Notes: generated by a model from the sequence alone, not told the origin. 64,000 nt of DNA from the human T2T-CHM13v2.0 reference genome, Homo sapiens (GCF_009914755.1 NC_060927.1); one strand, 5' to 3'; positions 43,938 to 63,589 are shown, counted from the first letter of the stretch. Numbers and translations: made by a program.

Positions 43938-45089
43938 CCTCACTGTAAGAATGCAGTTGTGCAAGCAGATCTCCTGGGAGCTCACAAAAAGCTGTGCTTC
44001 TAGGATTCAGAATTAGCACAGGCCATTTTGGCTCTGGCTTTAGCACACATTTCATTATCCATTTTTCTGCAGGAAGGTTTGCTGGGTGCCCACGGCTTGT
44101 AGGGCCACACACTGTCCATGGCTTCTGTTTATATGTTTTTGAGGATCCTGCTGCCTCATATCATTGCTATGGCACTGCTCATCTGGGCATCTTACAGGTT
44201 CTGGCCCCACTGTCAAACAAGCAACCTTGGTAAACCAAGCATGTTTAAAGTCCTCAAAATAGTGGATCCTATTACTTCCCTTAATGACTGCCAATCTGGG
44301 TGAGCAAATGCTGGAACCAGCCATCTCAAGGGCCTTCACTTAGTCCCGGTGTCAGGCATCCACCCCTACAGGAGGGATCACTTAGTGGCCAGTGTTCTGG
44401 GAGCTCAGCCCTTCCAGGCCAGGTTGCCATGGTCAAGATGACACACTCCACCATTTCTCCCCCATTTTGGCCTGGTTGGGAGTTGCCATAATACCGTAAC
44501 TTTGCTATCTTCTTGGCTGTCCCTGGAAAATCCTGCCAGAGTTCACAGTTTTGCAGTTGAAAGTGGCAGCAGATGGGGGTGGGGGTTAGACAAACTCCCT
44601 GAGTCTTACTAAGTTTTCACAGAGCATGGTCCTCGGTCTCTATTTCCTCACTACTTCTTCTCCAGCTTCCTGTTCTTTTCTTCTTGCTTGATATATATTT
44701 TTTTCTGATTATAAATATAGTACATGTCTGTTGCCAAAATTTCAATATGCAGACACATATAAGGCGGAAAGGGAATTTCCCATGAATTTTTTCCCCAGAG
44801 CTATTCTTTCAGATCTTATACCATGTATAACTGATGTAAATTTTCTAATAAAATAACTTACTTTTAATTAAACATGTAAAATATATTCTTGTAAAAATTT
44901 ATGCATTTCAAAATTTACCTTGGCGATCAATATTTCCTCCTCTGCATTATTACTGGTTCCAGCTTGGAGGGTATCCTGGACAACTAGCTATGCATTTATC
45001 TATCTTGTTTTTAACTGTGCATTTATAAACACACTACATCCATGTACCTAAAAAATACATAATACTGTTTTTAGTGTGTTTCTGTGTAT

Positions 45090-49170
<4,081 letters not shown>

Positions 49171-49184
49171 CATTCTTAAAGGGC

Positions 49185-52100
49185 AGGTTGTGTAAGATCA
49201 AGCCAAGTGAACGGGTCAAACATTTTACCCAGAGCCAGAGAGGAAATGTTATAAAACTGGGTAAGCTCACAAAATACCTGTACTTGTTGGGCCATGGCCT
49301 TTAGATTGGTTTATACGTGGTCAGAGTTATTTATATACATGCAATAGGTTGCTCCTTAGATGGCGCAGACTCCCTCCCCTCTGCTCTGACCAGGAACTAA
49401 TCTAGGGTGAGGTGATTATCTAATACCACCTGGGCTAGAGAGTCATGTGATTGTTGCACCAGGGTGAGACTGTGCTATATCAGATTTATGTGTTGGGACA
49501 GCATAGCTGACAAGTTTGTATTGACCTAAATGATTTGTTGCTGTGTTACAGTGGCAGTACTCATTACAGTTCCTGCTAGTGAATAAGCCTGCTCCTAAGA
49601 GTATGGAAATAAAAATAGCTCACATTTGTCAGAATGAATATGGTCTGGCTGGGAACCAAGGGGTCTTGGCTACTTGAATATAAGGGAGGGCCCAAAGACA
49701 TTAGGTAGTGATATGGTTTGGCTATGTCTTCACCCAAATGTCAATTTGAATTGTATCTCCCAGAATTCCCACATGTTGTGGGAGGGACCCAGGGGGAGGT
49801 AATTGAATCATGGGGGCCAATCATTCCTGTGCTATTCTCATGATAGTGAATAAGTCTCAAGAGATCTGATGGGTTTATCAGGGGATAGTGAATAAGTCTC
49901 AAGAGATCTGGTGGGTTTCTGTTTTTGCTTCTCTCTCATTTTTCTCTTGCTGCCACCATGTAAGAAGTGCCTTTCATCTCCTGCTGTGATTGTGAGGCCT
50001 CCCCAGCCATGTGGAACTGTAAGTCCAATTAAATCTCTTTTTCTTCCCAGTTTCAGGTATGTCTTTATCAGCAGCATGAAAATGAACTAATATAGTAAAT
50101 TGGTACCAGTAGAGTGGGGTGTTACTGAAAAGATACCTGAAAATGTGGAAGTGACTTTGGAACTGGGTAACAGGCAGAGATTGGAACAATTTGGAGGACT
50201 CAGAAGAAGACAGTAAAATGTGGGAAAGTTTGGGACCTCCTAGAGGCTTGTTGAATGTCTTTGACAAAAATGCTGATAGTGATATGAACAATAAGGTCCA
50301 GACTGAAGTGGTCTCAGATGGAGATGAGGAACTTGTTGGGAACTGGAGCAAAAGTGACTTTTGCTATGTTTTGGTGAGACTGGCAGCATTTTGCCCCTGC
50401 CCTAGAGATTTGTGGAACTTTGAACTTGAGAGAGATGATTTAGGGTACCTGGTGGAGGAGATTTCTAAGCAGCAAAGCATTCGAAAGGTGATTTGGGTGC
50501 TGTTAAAAGCATTCCATTTTAAAAGGAAAACAGATCATAAAAGTTCAGAAAATTTGCAGCCTGATGATGCAGTGGAAAAAAAAAACATTTATGGAGAAGA
50601 AATTCAAGCTGGCCACAGAAATTTGCATAAGTAGCAAGGAGCCTAATGTTAACCCCCAAGACTATGGGGAAAATGTCTCCAGGCCATGACAGAGAACTTC
50701 ATGACAGCCCCTTCCATCACAGGCCTGGAGGCCCAGGGGGAAAAAGTGGTTTTGTGGGCTGGGTCCAGGGTCCCCATGCTGTGTGCACCCTAGGGACTTG
50801 GTGCCCTGTGTCCCAGGTGCTCCAGCCATGGCTGAAAGGGGACAATGTACAGCTCAGGCTGTGGCTTCAGAGGGTGGAAGCCCCAAACCTTGGCAGCTTC
50901 CACCCTCTGAAGCTGTTGAGACTGTGGGTGCACAGAAGTCAAGAATTGAGGTTTGGGAGCCTCTGCCTAGATTTCAGAAGATGTATGGAAATGCCTGGAG
51001 GCCAAGGCAAAAGTTTGCTGCAGGGCTGGGTCCCTCATGGAGAACCTCTGCTAAGGCAGTGCAGAAGGGAAATGTGGGGTTGGACCCCCCACACAGAGCC
51101 CCTACTGGGGCACTGCCTGGTGGAGCTGTGAAAAGAGGGACACTATCCTCTAGATCCCAGAAAGTTAGATCCTCTGGCAACTTGCACTGTTTGCTTGGAA
51201 AAGCCGCAGACACGCAACACCAGCCTGTGAAAACAGCCAGGAGGGAGGCTGTACTCTGCAAAGCCACAGGGGCGGAGCTGCCCAAGACCATGGGACCCCA
51301 CCTCTTGCATCAGTGTGATCTGGATGTGCGATCTGGACTCAAAGGAGATCATTTTGGAGCTTTAAAGTTTGACTGCCCTGCTGGATTTTGGACTTGCATG
51401 TGCCCTATAACCCCTTTGTTTTGGCCAATTTCTCCCATCTGGAACAGCTGTATTTACCGAATACCTGTATCCTCATTATATCTAGGAAGTAACTAGCTTG
51501 CTTTTGATTTTACAGGCTCATAGGTGGAAGGGACTTGCCTTGTCTCAGATGAGACTTTGGACTGTGGACTTTTGGGTTGATGCTGAAATGAGTTAAGACT
51601 TTCAGGGACTGTTGGGAAGGCATAATTGGTTTTGAAATGTGAAGACATGAGATCTGGAGGGTCCAGGGGTGGGACAATATGGTTTGGCTGTGTTCCCACC
51701 CAAATTTCAACTTGAATTGTATCTCCCAGAATTCCCACATGTTGTGGGAGGAACCCAGGGGGAGGTTATTGAATCATGGGGGCTGGTCTTTCTTGTGTTA
51801 TTCTTGTGATAGTGAATACGTTTCACAAGATCTGATGGGTTCATCAGGGGTTTCTGTTTTTCCTTCTCTCTCATTTTTCTCTTGCCACTGCCATGTAAAA
51901 AGTGACTTTCACCCTCTGCCAGGATTGTGAGGCCTCCCCAGCCATGTGGAACTGTAAGTCCAATTAAACCTCTTTTTGTTCCTAGTTTCGGGTATGTCTT
52001 TATCAGCAGTGTGAAAATGAGCTAATACAGGTAGGACACATTTGAAGTTACAGATTTGGGTCTGGACCCTGTTGTTCCCCTTGCATAAAGGGAGGCAGAA

Positions 52101-53600
52101 GTGGGCTGTGGGAATCAGGAGTGCATGTAATGAGTCCCAAGTTTCACAGGACCATGGTATACCCCATGGATGAATTAGAGAACCTGAAAATGGGCTATGT
52201 TACCCTAGGCCCCAAGAGGTGAAGTGACACTGAGCTCCCAAGTGTCTCCAAGTCATGTTAAATCTGGGTCAGATATGTAAACACAATCCCTGCTTGGGGT
52301 TCTGGAGGGGCAAATAACAACATGTATGCCTTGGATGCCAAGCAGTTGGGCTGTAATTTTGGGTTTTATGTTAGCAAGAGAGAGTGATATCTGTAGTGCT
52401 GGTAATTGTGCCAGACCAGGGGGAATTAGAGTAGCTCAGGGAACAGCTTTGGTGTGGTATATTAACAGGCCCAACAATTACATCTCCTGAGAAGCTTGGC
52501 TCTGATTTCATCCCACTGTGTTAAAATATTAGGACTATTAGGCTCATAAGGGGAGGTAGTAGTAGAGGGGCAGTCTGATCTCTGATGGTGTGGATGATCC
52601 TGCATTTGGGGAGACCTCAAAGGATGTGTCTAAGGTGTTGGGGGAGGAAGTGGTGAAGTGGTAGGTGGGGCAGCGGTGGTAGAAAAATAACTATCCCAAC
52701 AGATGTCAAAATGTCTCCAATCCTGGAGGACCCAGAACTCAGTCCATCTCCATGTAGGAGGTGTGGCCAGACAGGGGATGGTTAGGTTAATTGGAACTCC
52801 AGTGAGGTGTGGGTAAGCACACATGACTTAGCCTGCCACAATTGGTGACAGCAGTCAAGAGTGGTCTGGCCAGTATCATGGGCCAATTGGTAGAATCACA
52901 GGCAATAATGTAAGCCAGGAGACTTCGTGACAGGGAATGCACTAGCTTGGTAAAACGCCCTTCCAAAGGTTCCTCCTCATCAGGGAACTTAGAAAGACAA
53001 ATTTGAGTTCTGTAACCAAGTCCTAGATGGGGGGTGCAGGAGTTGTCAGTCATCAGTTGTCTTACCTTCCTGGACACTGTCATGGCCAAGGGTCCAGGTC
53101 AGGTAAAGGTGGTGTTGTCCCCTGTTGTCTTGGGCTGAGGCACTGTCGTCTTCTGTGTAGCAAGGTGCCACATTGTCTTGGGCTGGGTGCTATCATTGGA
53201 GCCATTTCCATCTCCAAGACTAGGTTGTCATCTCCTGACATTGATGATATCTACCAATTTTAGCACCTCCTCTTCTACAAGACAAGTATACGTCCCAGGT
53301 AGCAACTCAAAACAGGAAGATGGGGCACTGGGGGCCTACAGTGGTCCAATACATTTGGGAGGCGCTGAGCAGGCTATGTTTACATTGTTGAGACGGACTA
53401 CTGAAATCACAGATTATAAGTAATCACTGAGGGTCCTTGAGGGTGCATTGTGCAAAGGCTTTGGAGGTGCTTTTTTTCTGAAGAGGAGGATATTTCCATC
53501 CATAGATAGTACACACTGCATGCATGGCCTTTGGCCAAAGAGAACACAATATATTGTGGAAATATCACCAAATCAGCTGGTATAGATCTAACCATTCTTC
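49185..53600 (-). pseudogene. Ancient ERV remnant (integrase C-terminus + env), split by THE1A
   Basis: Minus strand ~49290-49445 reads SLAQVVLDNHLTLD*FL...GVCAI*GATYCMYINNS (TM immunosuppressive domain); a degenerate GPY-like segment lies at ~53360-53470. Confidence 0.6.
49709..52029 (+). mobile_element. Full-length THE1A (LTR 49709-50094, internal region, LTR 51675-52029)
   Basis: Two THE1A LTRs flank ~1.58 kb of internal sequence (broken MaLR ORF EDSEEDSKMWESL); 5-bp TSD GGTAG. Confidence 0.93.
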
Positions 53601-54053
53601 TTATTGACAATTAATACTCCTAATACTCCAAGGAATGGAAGTACCACTGTTTATGCATCCATTTCCTTAGCTATGGGTATTCTTTTGTTCATTGTTTTTA
53701 TTTGCCACTACATATTGTGTGGCATAAATGTCTTTCATGTGTGTCATCACACACATGAAATGCTATCACTCAGGGCTTCTCATAGGACAGTGTGGCTTCT
53801 GGGCCAAAGGGTATGAAGGGTATGGGCCTATTAAATTTTAACAGATGATGCCAAACTGCCCCTTTAGAAAGCCATAATTCCACCAACCATAGTGTATGAG
53901 AACACCATGCATCTCTGCCAACAGTAGGCATTATCACACTTACAGATTCTTTTTAGTCTAAAGGGTATAAAGTAACATCTCATAGTAACTTTATTTTACA
54001 TTTCTATTGCTACTGGGAGGATTGGGTATACTTTCATATGTTCATTGATAATA

Positions 54054-54439
54054 TTAGGTTGGTGCAAAAGTAATTGCAGTTTTTGCCATTACTTTTTTTT
54101 GTTGAGACGGAGGCTCACTCTGTCACCCAGGCTAGAGGGTAGTGGCACGATCTTGGCTCACTGCAACCTCTGCCTCCCAGGTTCAAGTGATTCTCATGCC
54201 TTAGCCTCCTGAGTAGCTGGGATTACAGGCATCCGTCACCATGCCTGGCTAATTTTTGTATTTTTAGTAGAGACGGGGTTTCATCATGTTAGCCAGACTG
54301 GTCTCGAACCCCTGACCTCAGGTGATCTGCCCACCTCGGCCTCCCAAAGTGCTAGGATTACAGACATGAGCCACCGCACCTGGCCTATTTTTGCCATTAC
54401 TTTCAGTGGCAAACCGCAATTACTTGTGCACCAACCTAA
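54054..54439. mobile_element. MADE1 (Hsmar1 MITE) split by an AluS (54095-54385)
   Basis: TIRs ttaggttggtgcaaaagtaattgc / gcaattacttgtgcaccaacctaa with TA flanks; Alu TSD tttttgccattacttt. Confidence 0.92.
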
Positions 54440-54577
54440 TATATATTTGCTCTTCTATTTATATTCTTTTGGCCATTTTTCTATTGGGTTGTAGTTTTGT
54501 CATCCGGGACAACTCTACAGTCATTCAAACTGTTTATCTGTCATTTGTTTTGCAATTCTCCTTTCTGTTTTTTTTAA

Positions 54578-54953
<376 letters not shown>

Positions 54954-55463
54954 AAACATATATCTTTTCTTTCCTAGCTTTTGTGTTTCCTTTCTGGTCT
55001 AGAAAGTTCTCCCACACCTACAGGTCATACAGTATTGTCTCAAACTTTGTGGAGAGGGAAATATTGATTACAGATAAAATCTAGTAAAAGGGAGGAAAGG
55101 AAAACATCAAGAAAGTTAATTAGGACATCCAGGAGAAACTATGCCCATCAGCTAGAGCGTTGAGGTGAAAGAGAAAACAGGCAGGGGGCAGGCAGCAGGT
55201 AGAATGGTTTGTCTCCTGTTAACCGCAACAGCGAGGGATCCAAGGCCCAGAGGAAGGTTGCACCTGGAGCTGCCCTCTCTCGCAAATTCCTCTCCCGGTT
55301 ACTCTGGCACTAGTATCCCAACCTCCATGGTCATACAATTATAGTGAAAGAAACTTTGTGGAAATGAGCTAACGTCAGCAAGAGGAGGGCTCCTGTGTCT
55401 GCTGAGCTCTGCACCATGGGAGGCCTGCCAGGTGATGTGTGGTGGTGTCAGGAAGGTGCAGAC

Positions 55464-55784
55464 TAGAGGTCCCCAACCTTTTTGACACTACAGACTGGTT
55501 TCACAGAAGACAATTTTTCCATGGACGGGGGTTGGAGGGGATGAAACTGAAACTATTCCACCTCAGAGCATCAGGCATAAGATTCTCATAAGGGTGTGCA
55601 ACCTAGATCCCTATGCGCAGTTCACAACAGGGCTCACGCTCCTATGAGAATCGAACGCAGCTGATCTGACAAGAGGCAGAGCTCGGCCGTAATGCTCACC
55701 TGCTGCTCACCCGCTGCTGTGTGGCCCCATTCCTTACAGGCCATGGACTGCTACGGTCCCTGGCCTGGGGTTTGGGGAGCCCTG
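55464..55784. mobile_element. MER1B-like hAT-Charlie element
   Basis: ggtccccaacctttttg...gggtttggggagccctg; 8-bp TSD gtg(c/t)agac. Confidence 0.85.
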
Positions 55785-56336
55785 GTGTAGACTAAACCTC
55801 GGGTGTGGAAGGGTTTGCTCGAGTCCACCAGCTGGCAGGCAACTCCTAGCTGTTGCTGGCCAGAGATCTCCTGCTGCTGCTACACATCCAAGTTGGACAC
55901 CCCAGGAACTGGGAACAAGGGCTTTAAAAAGTGGGTGCCCCTCTCTCTTAGGGCCCTTGGAAGGGTCTGAGCTATCCTGGCCCACATCTCATTGCCTGAT
56001 CATCCTGTCAAGAGTGGGCCATCCAGAGTGTGCTGGAACCGGTTGACTGGGAATTGGGAGTCAGCCACCTCAGGGGTTGATTTTCCAGTTAGAGTTTGTC
56101 TACCAGGAATTAATGTTGACATGTGTTGAGAGATGAGGGGTCCAACTTTATTTTTCTAGATAGACCCACTATTTATTAAAGAAGCTGTGATTTTCCCATA
56201 AAAATGAAATACCACCTTTATCATTTATTAAATTTTCATATTAGTTGGGGTCTATTTCTTTTTGTTTGTCCACTCTGTTCTGATCATTTGTATGTCTATT
56301 CCTATTGTTTGGGGTACAGTTACTTTAGAGTGCTGA

Positions 56337-56660
<324 letters not shown>

Positions 56661-57879
56661 CCTGGCTGTTCTTTATTAATGATTTCTTGGTAACTGGATA
56701 TTTATTTTGAGAGAGATGCCTTTGTATCATTGCGTATAATTAAAAATCCATTGGTATTTTATTTGGGATTGTATTCATTATATATTTGCTATCATAATCT
56801 ATTCTCTCTCTTGCAAAATACGTTAATAATCTTACCATCTAAGGACATTTTTCCGATCCTGTTCTGTGTCTTTTAATTTGACCTACAGGTTACTTCATAC
56901 AGGTTCCGTATTTAATTGATTGCCAAGTATTTAACAGATGTGGGGTTTTTTTTTTTACTATTATGGATGGATATTTTATCCAATTCATTTTTCATTTGGC
57001 TCTTGTTAATACAGAGAAACACTATAGATTTTTGTGTATTTATTTTTTATTAGACCACATACCAAATTCTCTATTAATTTCTCTATTTTGTCCTCATTAG
57101 ATTCTCTTGGAATTTCTAGGTACCTTATTATTATTTTTTATTTTTATGGGTACATAGTAGGTGTATATTCTAGGTGTATTATATCAGCAGCAGAAAGAAA
57201 TAATTTTTATCTTCTTTTCAAAATGTATTCTAATGTTTCCATTTTGCCATCCTGTTGCATTTGCTGGAACCACAACAATGTGTATAGTGATAGTAGAAGG
57301 CATCCTTGTCAGGGTCCTAATTTTAATTCAAATGGCTTTTTAATGGAAATGGTGCTCTGTCATCCAGGCTGGAATGCAGTGGCAAGATCCTTGAGCTCCT
57401 GGCCTCAAGCACTCTTCCCTCCTGGGCCTTCCATAGCTCTGGGATTACAGGCAAGAGCTACTGTGCCTGCCACCACCACCCCTCCCCCGCCACCACTCCC
57501 CCACCCCACCGCTGCACCTTTTTTTTTAAACAATTTAGAATGCTCCTTGCCTAAAAAAACCAAAAAACCAACAAACTAGTCTCCAGTTTGTAGCAGTTTC
57601 TTTCTATTCTAGTTTTTCTCAGAGTTTTATTAAGATTGGCTGCTGAACTTTATAACCAGCATTTTCAGCATATATTAAGTTGATCAGGGGGCTTTTTGTT
57701 TTCCCTTTAAATTGTTCATGTAAAGACATATGACTACCTTTTCCTGATGTTGAATATTTCTGGAATAACCCTTATTTACTCTTACTGTCTTGTTCTTTGG
57801 ACACACTGCTGGATTCTATTTGGTAATGTTCAATTTTTTTACATTTACATCTGTATTGATTACTGAGATTGGGCCATAG

Positions 57880-58214
57880 CAGAGGTCAGCAAATTACTGC
57901 CCCTGGGCCAAATTCAGCCCACGACTCGTTTTTGTACATCTCACGACCTGAGAATGGTTTTTACATTTTTTAATGGTTGCGAAAAAATTAAAAGAAGAGT
58001 AGTATTTTGTGACAATGGAAAATTATATCAAATACAAATTTCAGTGTTCATAAATAAAGATTTATTTGGAACACTACTGCACTCATTCATTTACATATTG
58101 TTCGGAGTGCTTTTGTGAGTGGTAGAGTTGAGTACTTGCAAAAGAGACTGTATGGCCCCAAACCTAAAATATTTACTATTTGGCTCTTTACAGAAATGTT
58201 TGCCAACCTCTCTG
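57880..58214. mobile_element. MER58B-like hAT-Charlie element
   Basis: cagaggtcagcaaatta...gggccaaattcagccc...tttacagaaatgtttgccaacc. Confidence 0.8.
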
Positions 58215-59768
58215 GTCTATCTTTTTGTTGGGGGAGGAGCTATCTTTATCAGATTTGGTATGAAGTGTAATCTGGCTTCGTAAAATGAATTGGAGAATTT
58301 CTTTTCTTTTTTCTATTATGTGGAATAGTTTAAATATCTTTGGAATGATCTTCTCTCTAAAGGTTAGATAAAGCTCAGCTATGAAACTATTTCTTCCAGG
58401 GCAATATTTAATATATAAAAATATAATCTTCCTTGGTAATTGTTCTATTCAAGTTTTCTATTTTTTCTTGGATTGATTTTGGTAATTTAGATTTTGTTAG
58501 AAAACCATCCATTCCCTCAATAGTTTCAAATTTGGTTTGCCATAAACTTGCATAGTGTTGTTCTCCTTAATATAATTTTAATTTCACCACATCTGTAGTT
58601 GAGTCTCAGTTCTCATTTTCTGTCTTGTATATTTTTACCCTCTTTTTTTTCTTTAATCTGGTTTATAAGAGAACTGGAGAGTCTATCTGTTTGTTTGTTT
58701 GTCTGTTTTTCAAAGAAACAGCTTTTGAGTTTATCTTTCCTTTAACTTTTTTTCTTGGTTTTCCATTTCACTAATTCAAACTTTTATTATCTCCTAGTCT
58801 TCATTTATGTTAGATTGTTTTGTCTTTTTTCTCACTGTTAGGATGAGTTCCCACATTTTTGGGATGTATTTTGGGGGTCTATCTTCCATAATAAGGCATT
58901 TGAGGCTGTTGGGGTCCATCCTCCATAATAAGGCATTGAGGCTGTGAAATTCCCTCTAAGCCCAGGCTTTATTAGGAAGTGGTCTATTTTTTCATTGCTT
59001 TATGGGTAGTTTGCAATTTTATCTTGATTTCACCTTCCTTTAAGAGTTTTTCTTAATTTCCAATGAGGTAAGACTTTTATTAATTTTTAAATTATTTGTT
59101 TCTGATTTTATTGGATATGATCACTGAAAATATGTATACAATTTCTATTTTTTTGTTGTTTTTAAGCTTCTTTTAGTGGCCAAGTACATGGCAGTTCTTT
59201 GTTAATATTCTCTGGACATATGAAATAAATGATTATTCTCTGTTTGAAAGATATAAAGTTCTGTATGTATCTGCTGATGACTGCTTGATGATTACTGTTT
59301 ATTCAATTCCCCCATGTCCCTGCTTTTTGGCTACTGATGTTGAAATTTCTTACAATAATAATCGCATTCTCCTTGCATTTCGTAGTTCTAATAATTTGTT
59401 AGTTGATTCTTTGGGGTTTTTAAAGTAGGTGACCATATCAGTTATAAATACTGACAACTTTGTAGTTTTTTTCCTCCAGCATGATACCTCTTTCTTTCCC
59501 TCCCTCCTTCCTTCCTTCCTTCTTTCCTTCCTTCTGCTGTTGCACAAAGACTCAAGAACAGCGTTGAAAAGCATTGTGGGGAGTGGCACCACGTTTCCCT
59601 CTGACTTTAATGGGGTTGTTTCTTATGCTTTCCCACCAGTGAGGACATTTGCAGGAGTTTCATTTTATCTAGCCTTAGCAAATTAAGTACATTTCCTTCC
59701 ATTCTTGTGTGCTAATTGTTTTTTGCAATCAAGATGTTTATTAAATGCTTTTCTTTTTAATAACAGCA

Positions 59769-60500
59769 TGTAACCACCCGGTGGGTTCTCTTTGCCTGCT
59801 GTCTAGACAGAGCCAATATCAAGACAGGGGAATTGCAATAGAGAAAGAGTTTAATTCACACAGAGCTGGCTGTATGGGAGACCTGAGTTTTATTATTACT
59901 CAAATCAGTCTCCCTGAAAGCTTGGGGATAGGGGGTTTTAAGCATAACTTGGCAGGTAGGGGGTCAGAAAGTGGGAAGCGCTGATTGGTCAGGTTGGAGA
60001 TGAAATCATAGGGAGTCAAAGCTGTTCTCTTGTGCTGAGTCAGTTCCTGGGTGGGGAGGCCACAAGACCAAATGAACCAGTTTACTGGTTTGGGTGGTGT
60101 CTACTGATCCATCAAGTACAGGGTCTGAAAATATCTCAAGTACTGATCTTAGGTTTTACAACAGTAATGTTATCCCCAGGGACAATTTGGGGAGGTCCAT
60201 AATCTTGCAGCTTCTAACTGCATGACTCCTAAACCATAATTTCTAATCTTGTGGCTAATTTGTTAGTTCTGCAAAGGCAGTCTAACCCCCAGGCAGGAAG
60301 GAGGTTTGTTTTGGAAAGGGCTGTTACCATCTTTGTTTCAAAGTTGGGCTACAAACTAAATTCCTCCCAAAGTTAGTTCAGCCTATGCCCAGGAATGAAC
60401 AAGAACAGCTTGGAGGTTCGAAGCAAGATGGAGTTAGTTGGGTCAGATCTCTTTCACTGTCAGAATTCTCTCAGTTATAATTTTTGCAAAGGCAGCTTCA
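59769..60500 (-). mobile_element. LTR8-family solo LTR
   Basis: Minus strand begins tgaagctgcctttgcaaaaattataactgag; TG...CA termini; 4-bp TSD AGCA. Confidence 0.85.
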
Positions 60501-60589
60501 AGCAGGAAGGATTTCACTGTTTTCCTCTTTGATCTGTTAATATGGTAAATTACATCGATATATTTTTCCCACGGAAACCTCCTCACAGT

Positions 60590-61636
<1,047 letters not shown>

Positions 61637-63589
61637 CACCTGATTCCCTTCCCCATGTCTGGGGACTCTCCTTCTTATCTGTCTGGGTGGGAAACAGCCT
61701 GCCTCTAATTATAGAGCTGAAAATACCAGTTTCTCACTTTCTCAGCTCCCCTGGCTGCTGGGACAGACATGTGACCAGGATTGGCCAATCAAATTTGTGT
61801 GCTGAGAATTTTCAGTCTGCAGCTTGGGATCCAGAGAACCAGGATAGCAACCCCTGTGTTGGTGCTGGAATCCTCAGCAGGCTGGTTCTGTGGTATGATG
61901 TTTTCTGTGGTTCTGGGTGCATAACTTCTCTTTGATCTGCCTGTTTTCTGAGCCTGGTCCCTGGGCTTTCTGATAATTTGGTGAGCTACTAAATATTGTT
62001 TCAATACACTTCTATTTTGCTTAAGTAAATATGGATCTGTTTATGTTTGTAGTTAAGATGAATGACTAACATATTTGCATTTGTGGAATAAATCCTACTC
62101 ATTCAAGCATTATTTGAAATCACCATTGGATTCAGTTTGTTAATATTTATACCTGTGTTCATAAATCAGATTGGCTGATAGTTTTCTCTTCTTGCACTGT
62201 TCTCATCTTATTTTAGTATTAAAAGGGTGCCAACTTTTGGGGATTTTTTGGTTAGAAAAATTCCTACAGTAGAATTGCTGGATCAAGGGGTCTGTACATT
62301 TTCAGTTTTGATGGCTATTGTCAAATTGCTATCCAAAGAAATTTTGCCAGTTTACATTTTGACCAACAACATATAATACTGCCTGTTTCTCTCTATCCTT
62401 GCCAACACAAAGGACCTGTTATCAATCTGTTTTTTTTTTATGGGTAAGTTGAGCATCCTTGCATATGTTCAGAGTCTTTCTTTCCCCAGCTGTTTTGTTT
62501 TCTATGAACTGTCTGTTGATGTCAAAGAACATCAACAGAGAGTTGGTGTTTAGTTTTTCCTCTTATGTTTTTTGTTGGGGAGGGAGGAGGCATGGGAGAG
62601 TGAGGATTTAACTTTTTGTCCTACAGTGACCTGTTGGTCTGAAGTTTAAACTCGGTTCCTGGATGTTGGTTGTAATGGCTGTTGAAACTGGAAAAGACCC
62701 TCACAAAGACCTGCAATGCAGAGGGAAGATGGCGTGATTGGCTCTGTCTTCCAACTCAAGACATTCACTTCCAGTTGCATCCACCAATTATGCAAAGGTT
62801 TTTATTGAAGTCTGGTGAAAAAAATTTCATATTCCCTAATGATAATCAGTTGTTCTATAAACCAGTCAGAAGTTGTTGCATTTTTATATTTTTAACAACT
62901 GGGTCCAAAACCAATACAATGATTTTGTAAGTAATAAGTAGGTGAGGAAATTCTATTTCCAAAGTTTTAGGTGTTCGACTGAGAGAGTTGTTATGAGTGA
63001 GTCACATTCCTTTTGGCAACAGAATCACATAAAGAAGGAAACATTTCAAACATCTGTTTTCTAAAAGCATTTCCACAGTATCTTAATTTGACTGATGAGG
63101 AGCTCCCTCTAGGGGAGAGAAAAATATCAGCACCAGGGTTTCTTGTTTGTGCATTTCAGCCTAGGGGTTTTTGTGGAAATCTTTTTAATCCCCTTGCCTG
63201 TGCTGGTAAGGCTTAGCATTGTTAGAACTAGACAATGCGATCCATACATGCTTTGTCAGTGCAGCACAGTCACAAATGATCATCTCTCCCAGTTCATGGA
63301 AAGCACATATATTGGCCTGTCTCTCTTACCAGAATGTGACCTTTATGTGGAGAGGGCTTTGCCTGTTTTATTCTTTTATTTAATAAATACCAGTGACAGT
63401 ACCTGACACATAGCATGGTTCAATAATTTTTGAATCAATGAACAAATCTTTGAACAAAAGTTTTGAGCTTAGTGTAGCCTGAAATCCATGACTAGGCTCT
63501 GTGGCCAAGGGCAGGCATTTGTCTGTGGCCTAAGGCTGAGTACTCTGTGCTGTGGGTGTGGGTGAGGTTTATTTAACTGGCTTAGGCCA

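Noticed and set aside
43940-44560. Possible exon or processed pseudogene in unique-looking sequence
   Set aside because: No recognisable protein similarity, poly-A tail or TSD; cannot be supported without a database search.
50191-51496. ORFs of 147, 161 and 237 aa
   Set aside because: Frameshifted pieces of the THE1-internal MaLR ORF, not a host gene.
53237-53252. DIDDI on the + strand resembling RT YxDD
   Set aside because: No other RT motifs in that orientation; the surrounding ERV remnant reads on the minus strand.
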